Positions 56,534 through 64,000 of a stretch of DNA of 64,000 bases are shown here, piece after piece. The notes under the pieces are model-generated. The model worked only from the letters and a program-made list of their open reading frames with translations, searched no databases and was not told the origin of the DNA. Every line of letters begins with the position of its first letter. Within the stretch, counting starts at the first letter, position 1. The DNA comes from a virus: IMG/VR virus record IMGVR_UViG_3300008111_000003; one strand, written 5' to 3'. The position numbers were made by a program, and so were the translations under genes.

Positions 56534-57884
56534 ATGAGTATTATTCTACCAACAATAACAAATAGAAGAAATTATATAAAAGGATTAACTCTTGGTGCAG
56601 GAGCTATTATTCTACAGCCTTTTTTAGATTCCTTAGCATCTCAAGCTAATGGAGAAAAATCTCCCCCCTCGTATAATATTTTTTATTGAATCCAATGGAC
56701 TATATCCCCGTCATATACAGCCAAAAGAAATAAAAACTACTAGTGAATCTAATATAATTGATAAATCTTTGAATGAATTAGAATTACCAGATGCTATAGC
56801 GCCACTTAATCCATTAAAGGAAAAAATGTGTATAATACAAAAACTATCACATAAAGTCTCTGGTGGCGGAGACCATGGAAAAGGATATGGCGGATTAGGA
56901 TGTTTTCATTGGAGAAAAGATGTTGCTGGTCAAACTATAGATCATGCACTAGCTGAATCTGTTAAAAGTATAATCCCAGTATTAGGTTTAGCTATACCTC
57001 CACAATCATCTGCAATTTTTGTTCAAAGTGTATCAGCTATTGGATATAAAAAACCGCTATCAATGATTTGTCAACCAAATGTTGCTTTTCAAACATTATT
57101 TGGTAGTGTAGCAGAGGGCGATGCGGGTAAAATATATAATGCTAGAAATAAACTACTAGACTATATTAAAACAGATATAAATAGAGTACGCAATAGTTTA
57201 CCATCAATGGATAAGATTAAATTAGATAATTATTTACAATCATTTGATGAGATTTTATATAGACAAAATGAAACTATTAAAATTCAGGATAAGATTAGAC
57301 GAAACCAACCAATAACAGATAAATTTCATAGTGAATTAAATATCGATAGATTTGAATCTCAGTGTGATATTTTAGTGTCAGCTCTTATTAGTGGACTAAC
57401 AAATATAGTTACTTTAGATGCTGCTGGTGGAATTCAACAATATCATACATGGAAATCTTTAGGTATTGATATTGATGGTCATGCTATTGGTCATATGAAT
57501 GGACCAGATAATTTATCTGTACCAATTCGTAAATATCATGCTGAAAGAGTATTAGATATTGCTAATAGACTCGATTCTATTAAAGAGGGCGATGGTACAA
57601 TGCTTGATAATAGTCTTATAGTTTGGATGAGCGACTCTGGTGAGGGTCATCATGGTTTTTGTGCCGAATGGCCTATTGTATTGATAGGTAATTTAGGCGG
57701 CAGACTAAAAACCGATGGTAGATTTTTACAATATCCAGCTTATGGTAGTACCGGCAACAGAACCATTCGCAATCTCTATCTATCGCTGCTACATGCTGTT
57801 GGAGATAACAGAGAAAAATTTGGAGAGCTTGATTTAGAAATGGCAGCAGCCGAACAGTCTGGTCCATTAACAGAAATACTATAA
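56534..57884 (+). CDS. DUF1552-like protein; Tat signal (56534-) is out of frame with the body (56649-57884)
   Basis: NRRNYIKGLTLGAG signal; body TIDH.LA, D..KLD.YL, H..GH, L.SI.EGDGTMLDN.LIV..SD.GE.HH; shift at or near C6 run 56663-56668. Confidence 0.8.
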
Positions 57885-57925
57885 TTGTGTCTTGACTCTG
57901 TGAACTGTTGGCATATAATAGTTGT

Positions 57926-58396
57926 ATGAACAGACCATCGTGGACAGATTATTTTTTAGGTTTAGCAAAAGTTGTTTCTCAACGTAGTCATGATGAGCAA
58001 ACTCAGCATGGTTGTGTGATCACAGATTCTCATAATCGTATTCTAGGAGTAGGATACAATGGATTTCCAAGAGGATTAGATGATTCAAAACTACCCAAAA
58101 CTAGACCAGAAAAATATCCTTGGATGATTCATGCCGAAAGAAATGCTCTTTCTAATTGTATAGTTAGGCCGGATAATGGCATAGCATATGTAACTGGTCA
58201 AAGCTGCAACGACTGTATAATGGCTTTATGGCAAGAAGGAGTTTCTACGGTTGTTATGACAAAAGATCATGGAACCCATCTATTCGATCAAAAAGCAAAA
58301 GACAGATTTGATACTTTTGTCTCAATGAGCGGAATCAAAATTTTATATATCGATCCAGACCTTTCGTGGCTGAAACAATTGTGTGGTGTATTATAA
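57926..58396 (+). CDS. dCMP deaminase
   Basis: RPSW..YF..A...S.RS.D, GYNG, HAE.NA, SCNDC; promoter TTGACT-N16-TATAAT at 57892-57919. Confidence 0.92.
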   Translation: MNRPSWTDYFLGLAKVVSQRSHDEQTQHGCVITDSHNRILGVGYNGFPRGLDDSKLPKTRPEKYPWMIHAERNALSNCIVRPDNGIAYVTGQSCNDCIMALWQEGVSTVVMTKDHGTHLFDQKAKDRFDTFVSMSGIKILYIDPDLSWLKQLCGVL

Positions 58397-58544
58397 TGTA
58401 CAAGATAGCATTTTATATTAGCATAGGAATCTATTTTTATCAACGATGGTTCACACAAAATCCCGAAATGATAAACTATTCTTTTCATGGCCTAGTCTTA
58501 TTTGGCCTTCTTACTTTAATAGATACAGATAAATAGGAGATAAT

Positions 58545-60737
58545 ATGTCCGCTCTTCAAGAACTGCAAAATTATACTTTCGTTAGCAAATATGCTCGTTG
58601 GCTAGAAGATAAAAATCTCAGGGAAACTTGGAAAGAAGCGGTCGAAAGAGTTAAAAACATGATGCATACAAAGTATGCTGATTTTGGTATAACAGACCAA
58701 ATCAATTGGGCATACGATATGATGTATAAAAAGAAAGTATTAGGATCTCAAAGAGCATTACAGTTTGGTGGAGATCCAATACTAAAAAGAAATAGTAAAA
58801 TTTTTAATTGTACAGCAAGTTATTGTGATCGTTTAAGATTTTTCCAAGAATGTTTTTGGCTATTGTTGTGTGGTAGTGGCACAGGATTTAGTGTACAAAA
58901 GCACCATGTATCAAAACTACCTTCGCTAGAACACAATCCAGAACCAGAAACAGCCACAAAATATGTTATCGATGACAGTATCGAAGGATGGGCTGATGCT
59001 CTAGGTGTCTTATTAAGCAGCTATTCTAGCAAGCCTGTAGAAGAATTTAAGCAATATAAGAATACTCATGTGGTTTTTGATTATTCAAATATTAGAGCAA
59101 AAGGATCGTCGCTGGCTAGTGGGGTTGGTAAAGCCCCCGGTTATGAACCACTAGCAAACGGCCTAGAAAAAATAAGAGCACTACTAGATCGTTGTATTAG
59201 AAATGGTCAGAAAAAATTAAGACCAATTGATGCTTATGATATTGTTATGCACAGTAGTGATGCTGTATTAAGTGGCGGTGTTAGAAGATCTGCTAGTTTA
59301 GCATTATTTAGTCCAGAAGATGAAGAGATGGCTAAGGCAAAAACGGGTAACTGGTTTATAGAGAATCCTCAAAGAGCCCGAAGTAATAATTCTGCATTAT
59401 TATTAAAAGAACAAACAACATTTGAAGAGTTCCAAATTTTAATGGAAAGCGTTAAAGAGTTTGGTGAGCCAGGATTTATTTGGGCAGAATCAACAGAAAT
59501 GGTATTCAATCCGTGTGTCGAGGTTAACCTATATCCTGTTGATATTGATAGTGGCGCTAGTGGATGGCAAGGATGTAATTTGAGCACTATCAACTGTTCT
59601 TCATTAGAAGATGAAAATGATTTTTATGAAAGATGCAAAGCCGCTGCTATAATAGGTACTTTACAAGCCGGGTTTACAAATTTAGATTATCTTGGTAAAA
59701 TATCAGAAAAGATTTTTTGTAAAGAATCATTATTGGGAGTATCAATGACAGGTATTATGGAGAAACATGATTTGATATTGTCAGAAAAGGTACTCAAAAC
59801 TGGTGCTAAAGTTGCAGTAGAAACTAATAAAGAAATAGCTAAAAAAATTGGCATAAACCAAGCAGCACGGGTGACTTGCTTGAAGCCAGAAGGAACCGCA
59901 AGTTCTATGCTAGGTACTTCATCCGGTATCCACCCACACCATGCTAAACGATATATACGCCATGTACAGGCCAATATTTTAGAGGCGCCCTACCAGCACT
60001 TTAAGAAAATAAATCCGCAGTCATGCGAAAAATCATCGTGGTCTGCCAATAATACCGATGAGGTTATAAAATTTCCCATAGAGGTTCCAGATGGGGCTAA
60101 ACTTAAAAATCAATTACCAGCTATAGAGATGTTATCTGTAGTTAAGGATACTCAAAAGCATTGGGTGCAAAGTGGTAAAAATACTCATTTATGTACTCAA
60201 AAATATTTATGTCACAATGTTAGTAATACTGTAACAGTAAAACCAGATGAATGGGATGATGTTACAAAGTATATTTATGACAATAGAAAGTATTTTGCTG
60301 GTATTAGTCTAATTCCTCAAAGCGGAGATAAAGACTATCCACAAGCCCCATTTACTACTGTTTATACTAGTAGAGAAATAGTTAAAGAGTACGGAGATGC
60401 TGCGCTATGGTGTTCTGGATTAATAGAGCTTGCACTAAACGCATTCAATAATAATCTTTGGGCCGCTTGTGATTATGTAGTATTAAATCAAGCTAATAAA
60501 GACCATCATGAATCTAAATTAATGTTTGTAACCAAAATGAAAAACTTTGCTGGTAAATACTTTAATGGAGACACCAGAAGATTAACATACTGTATGAAGG
60601 ATGTTTATAACTGGAAGATTTATTGTGATTTGTTTAATAGTTTCAAGAAGGTTGATTATACACAACTATTGGAAACTGAAGATAATACTGTCGGGATCGA
60701 GGAAATTAGTTGTGCCGGTGGCGCTTGTCTAATTTAA
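58545..60737 (+). CDS. nrdJ: class II (B12-dependent) ribonucleotide reductase, RTPR type
   Basis: RETW, NC, G.GTGFSV, GGVRRSA, EPG, NPC.E, CNL, KPEGT, C-terminal CAGGAC. Confidence 0.92.
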   Translation: MSALQELQNYTFVSKYARWLEDKNLRETWKEAVERVKNMMHTKYADFGITDQINWAYDMMYKKKVLGSQRALQFGGDPILKRNSKIFNCTASYCDRLRFFQECFWLLLCGSGTGFSVQKHHVSKLPSLEHNPEPETATKYVIDDSIEGWADALGVLLSSYSSKPVEEFKQYKNTHVVFDYSNIRAKGSSLASGVGKAPGYEPLANGLEKIRALLDRCIRNGQKKLRPIDAYDIVMHSSDAVLSGGVRRSASLALFSPEDEEMAKAKTGNWFIENPQRARSNNSALLLKEQTTFEEFQILMESVKEFGEPGFIWAESTEMVFNPCVEVNLYPVDIDSGASGWQGCNLSTINCSSLEDENDFYERCKAAAIIGTLQAGFTNLDYLGKISEKIFCKESLLGVSMTGIMEKHDLILSEKVLKTGAKVAVETNKEIAKKIGINQAARVTCLKPEGTASSMLGTSSGIHPHHAKRYIRHVQANILEAPYQHFKKINPQSCEKSSWSANNTDEVIKFPIEVPDGAKLKNQLPAIEMLSVVKDTQKHWVQSGKNTHLCTQKYLCHNVSNTVTVKPDEWDDVTKYIYDNRKYFAGISLIPQSGDKDYPQAPFTTVYTSREIVKEYGDAALWCSGLIELALNAFNNNLWAACDYVVLNQANKDHHESKLMFVTKMKNFAGKYFNGDTRRLTYCMKDVYNWKIYCDLFNSFKKVDYTQLLETEDNTVGIEEISCAGGACLI

Positions 60738-60760
60738 CTCTATCCGCGAAAGGTTAACCA

Positions 60761-61498
60761 TTGAGAAAAAAAACTAAAAACTCACAGAAAAAATCCGCAG
60801 TTATTGATTTAACTAATGAAATTAGTAGTCCGGCAGAAACCAAATATCGCAATAGATTAAAACCACGCACAGATAATCAAAAAGAATATATCCGCACAGT
60901 GGCGGAAAATCACATCACCTTTTGTCAAGGTGTTGCTGGTAGTGGTAAAACACATATTGCCATAGGTATGGCTTTAGAATATCTGTTAGAGAACAAGGTT
61001 AAAAAAATTGTTATAACAAGACCAGTAGTAGAAAGTGGAGAAAAGATAGGTTATCTTCCAGGCACAGCAGAAGAAAAGCTACATCCTTATCTACTACCTC
61101 TTCTAGACGAGGTAAATCACTTTATCTCTCCCGCCCAATATAATAGTTTAAAAAGTAATAACAGAATAGAGATAGTGCCATTAGGCTTAATGAGAGGACG
61201 CAATTTTCATGATTCATTTATTGTGGCCGACGAATGCCAGAACGCATCGTATGATCAATTAAAAATGCTCTTGACAAGGCTTGGTAACAACAGTAAAATG
61301 GTACTAACTGGAGATATTAGTCAATCAGATTTACGAAGACATTTACAGGGCGGTTTTTACGTTTTAACTCAACTTTTAAATAACATTGACGGTATCGGCA
61401 TATCATATCTTGATATGAAAGATATTGTGCGTCATCCAATCATAGGTACTATTTTAACCAAACTTGACTCTTACGAAAATGGAAACCAAACACTCTAG
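60761..61498 (+). CDS. phoH: PhoH-like ATPase
   Basis: GVAGSGKT, RPVVE.GE.IGYLPG, MRGRNF, DECQN, LTRLG, GD..QSD. Confidence 0.95.
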   Translation: MRKKTKNSQKKSAVIDLTNEISSPAETKYRNRLKPRTDNQKEYIRTVAENHITFCQGVAGSGKTHIAIGMALEYLLENKVKKIVITRPVVESGEKIGYLPGTAEEKLHPYLLPLLDEVNHFISPAQYNSLKSNNRIEIVPLGLMRGRNFHDSFIVADECQNASYDQLKMLLTRLGNNSKMVLTGDISQSDLRRHLQGGFYVLTQLLNNIDGIGISYLDMKDIVRHPIIGTILTKLDSYENGNQTL

Positions 61499-62057
61499 AT
61501 GCTTAGTGCTTAATGCTGATTATACTCCATTAACTATTATTGGTTGGCAAAAGGCTTTGTTATGGTCTATTAAACATTCATATGATGTTCGTATTGGTGT
61601 GGAGATAATAGATTTCTATAAAGATGATTTTATTTGTGGAGTTAATAAAAAATATCCTATCCCTGCTGTTGTAAAAACAGCAAAATATTTTAGAATAAAT
61701 AACTACAAAGTAAAATTTTCTAGAAAAAACTTATTCATAAGAGATAATTATACCTGTCAATATTGTAATAAAAGATTTGATATTGGTACATTAACATATG
61801 ATCATGTTATTCCAAAGTCGGTTTGGGATTATAATATAGGATCTCCAACATCTTGGACCAATATTGTTACAGCATGTAGAGAGTGCAACAGAAGAAAAGG
61901 TAGTAGAACACCTAAACAAGCCAATATGCCGTTACAGAATTTGCCAAATAAACCTCAAAAAAATGTAAAGTACTTGCCTATAACCACCTATCTATCTAAG
62001 ATAAGATCAGAGATCCCATCTGAATGGATTGGCTATTTACCAGAATCATATTTATAA
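61479..62057 (+). CDS. HNH endonuclease (McrA/HNH_5-like)
   Basis: LVLNADY.PL, FSRKN...RD.YTCQYC, T.DHVIP, WTNIVTAC..CN..K. Confidence 0.88.
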   Translation: METKHSRCLVLNADYTPLTIIGWQKALLWSIKHSYDVRIGVEIIDFYKDDFICGVNKKYPIPAVVKTAKYFRINNYKVKFSRKNLFIRDNYTCQYCNKRFDIGTLTYDHVIPKSVWDYNIGSPTSWTNIVTACRECNRRKGSRTPKQANMPLQNLPNKPQKNVKYLPITTYLSKIRSEIPSEWIGYLPESYL

Positions 62058-62404
62058 TGCCTACTTATTCTTATTATTGCGAAAATTGTGAATCAGAGTT
62101 TGAGTTGTTTTTCTATATCAAAGACTATGTAGAAAAACCCAAATGTTCTTGTTGTAAAAGTAAAAAAACAATTAGGGAATATACTAAGGATATTATCACC
62201 CAAAATACATCTGTAAAAAAATCAGATAGCGAGTTGAAAACCATAGGTGATCTGGCTAATAGAAATAGAGATCGAATGAGCGAGGATCAAAAGGCTGATC
62301 TATATAGAAAGCACAATTCATACAAAGAAACAACAGAAGAAAAACCACTACCCAAAGGAATGTCACGCATGAAGAAAGGAACAAAAACCATATGGCCCAG
62401 TTAA
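62057..62404 (+). CDS. FmdB-family zinc-ribbon protein
   Basis: MPTY.Y.C..C...FE...C..C. Confidence 0.8.
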   Translation: MPTYSYYCENCESEFELFFYIKDYVEKPKCSCCKSKKTIREYTKDIITQNTSVKKSDSELKTIGDLANRNRDRMSEDQKADLYRKHNSYKETTEEKPLPKGMSRMKKGTKTIWPS

Positions 62405-62784
62405 ATGACGAAACCATGTTTTTTCAAAAGAATGTAACTCCATCTACTAAGTCTTATGCCTATTATACTATATTAGGCGATCATGACTATTTAGATGATA
62501 ATGGTAAACCACGATCTAACGAAGAGAATAATAAGGTTGCAGCCAAGTCTGTGGTTACAGACAATAAACCCGCAAGATATTATATCAAGGTTGGAACTTA
62601 TGGTAAAATCTATAATCCTATTGGATTATTTAGCGAAGGTAAAAATACCAAGTTTCTATCCAAAATAGGTCGTAAACAATTCGAATTCAAAGAAGTTAAT
62701 GCTAAAGTATTCGATCTATATATTAATTTTCTTGCTACCAAAAATACCGCATGGTTAAATAATGCTGAAAGGGAACTAAACTAA
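62392..62784 (+). CDS. hypothetical protein
   Basis: ORF track. Confidence 0.7.
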   Translation: MAQLNDETMFFQKNVTPSTKSYAYYTILGDHDYLDDNGKPRSNEENNKVAAKSVVTDNKPARYYIKVGTYGKIYNPIGLFSEGKNTKFLSKIGRKQFEFKEVNAKVFDLYINFLATKNTAWLNNAERELN

Positions 62785-63098
62785 TGGCTAAAATTTCTAA
62801 AACCAAAGAGTATGCTATCAAATATTTATCTGATTATGCTAAGAAAAGTCCAGAAGAAATCTCTAATGAATTAAAGCTACCATTAGCAGAAGTAACCAAG
62901 GTTCTTGGTGATTCACAACCAAAACCAAAAAACAAAGACAAAACAGCAGATTTAATGATTCGTCATACTTCTGGTAAGAAAAACAATACCGTTAGTATCA
63001 TGACAGAAAGTGCTGCTCAGTTGTCTGATGAGTTTATCAAGAATATGAATACCAAGAAAACGAACGTAAACTATATTCATAGGCCAAAGACTGATTGA
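62784..63098 (+). CDS. HTH-containing hypothetical protein
   Basis: SPEEISNELKLPLAEV; VSIMTESAA. Confidence 0.6.
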   Translation: MAKISKTKEYAIKYLSDYAKKSPEEISNELKLPLAEVTKVLGDSQPKPKNKDKTADLMIRHTSGKKNNTVSIMTESAAQLSDEFIKNMNTKKTNVNYIHRPKTD

Positions 63099-63527
63099 AT
63101 GTCTGATAAACTTTATCCTTCAAAGTATTCTAACGGTAAACAAGTTACCGCAGCCCAGTATATCACAGAGATAATCTGTGAAAGAAAAGCTAAGAATAGT
63201 AAAAAAGATTTACATTATAGATTTTGGACCAATAAATTATGGGAAAAATTCTATAAGGATCAAATTGCTTCTGCGCATAAGTTGTTAAAAAAATACTCTG
63301 ATACTGCTATTATAAGAGCCCTAAATAGCGATAAGGCTCAAAAAATATACTCTCTGCGAGCACCTTTTTTAACTCCTATCATAGAGCAAGAAGAACAAAA
63401 ACTACAGAGTCAAAACCAAGAACTGTCACTAAAATTAAGTAGACCAAGCACAGTTAATTTTGATCGTAATTCAGTCAAACAGTCAAATATTATTTCCAAG
63501 TTAAAGGATCTAGATAATGAGTCTTAA
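63099..63527 (+). CDS. conserved phage hypothetical protein
   Basis: ORF track. Confidence 0.7.
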   Translation: MSDKLYPSKYSNGKQVTAAQYITEIICERKAKNSKKDLHYRFWTNKLWEKFYKDQIASAHKLLKKYSDTAIIRALNSDKAQKIYSLRAPFLTPIIEQEEQKLQSQNQELSLKLSRPSTVNFDRNSVKQSNIISKLKDLDNES

Positions 63528-64000
63528 AGATGATGTGGTTAAAAGCTTCGGTGATAATGTTATATTAAATGGTAATGCTATTATAGACCAAAAAGTATTA
63601 ACCATTCCAGTAAGTCCATCTATAGACTATGCTCTTAATGGAGGTATTCCAGAAGGCAGTTTTGTTATTTTAACTGGACATCCTAAATGTGGAAAAACGC
63701 TAACTTCGTTAGACTTTGCTGCTACGGCACAAAAAGAAATTTATCAAGGAGATTTAAAAAAACCAAGAGAGGTTTATTATTTGAATGTTGAGGGTAGGCT
63801 AAGAAAAAGAGACTTAGAAGGTATAGCTAATTTAGATTTATCCAGATTTAATGTTATTGGTAGTCAACAGGGTAAAATATTACATGCCGAGGAATATCTA
63901 ACCATAGCAGAAAAAATTATTAATGAGATCCCTGGGTCTATTCTTATTATAGACTCGTATTCATCGTTATGTACAGAAGCAGAAATCACCAGTGAAATGG
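63517..64000 (+). CDS. RecA/UvsX-like recombinase (truncated by window end)
   Basis: ID.ALNGGIPEG, Walker A GHPKCGKT, LNVEGR, IIDS Walker B. Confidence 0.85.
   Translation, partial: MSLKDDVVKSFGDNVILNGNAIIDQKVLTIPVSPSIDYALNGGIPEGSFVILTGHPKCGKTLTSLDFAATAQKEIYQGDLKKPREVYYLNVEGRLRKRDLEGIANLDLSRFNVIGSQQGKILHAEEYLTIAEKIINEIPGSILIIDSYSSLCTEAEITSEM

Noticed and set aside
55146-57884. Host chromosomal DNA / prophage boundary
   Set aside because: Same AT-rich composition as phage late genes, ATGA-coupled to the upstream gene, and flanked by phage genes on both sides
1248-59974. Numerous short minus-strand and alternate-frame ORFs in the track (e.g. 11642-12055, 21388-21750, 25699-26022, 55472-55798)
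   Set aside because: They are shadows of well-supported + strand genes, with no motifs, SD or promoter
58545-60737. Intron or intein in RNR (also checked ligase, thyX, ruvB)
   Set aside because: ORFs are continuous and of normal length, with no intein termini
1-64000. Alternative genetic code (TAG/TGA recoding as in some jumbo phages)
   Set aside because: Conserved genes are full length in code 11, and all three stop codons end genes at expected positions

Overview
This window is a 64-kb segment of a large, AT-rich, T4-like/jumbo tailed phage genome in standard genetic code, almost entirely + strand. The host is probably a Planctomycete, inferred from Tat-signal DUF1501- and DUF1552-like genes. 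The left part (to ~30 kb) is an early region of small ORFs driven by many sigma70-type promoters. It includes thyX, uvsE, a SpoU methyltransferase, two tRNAs, tmRNA, DNA ligase, a glycosylase, rIIA/rIIB, RuvB and an actin. The middle carries glycan-modification and nucleotide-salvage genes, a sigma factor and ClpP. Then come a tail-fibre/virion block (40-51 kb), a membrane/protease block, DUF1501/DUF1552, dCMP deaminase, class II RNR, PhoH and the start of a RecA-like gene. Most notable: (1) a tandem pair of beta-helix virion genes that differ almost only at non-synonymous codon positions 1-2 in a DGR-like pattern; (2) antisense homing-endonuclease cassettes and three decayed relics sharing a GGTGTA putative late-promoter motif; (3) a volactin-like actin with a membrane partner next to a Zn-ribbon/RuvA-III-RuvB pair; (4) a frameshift separating the DUF1552 Tat signal from the protein body; (5) a GC-to-AT adaptation toolkit including UAU/UAA tRNAs; (6) unexplained structured RNAs. 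All family assignments are by motif recognition, and no searches were run.
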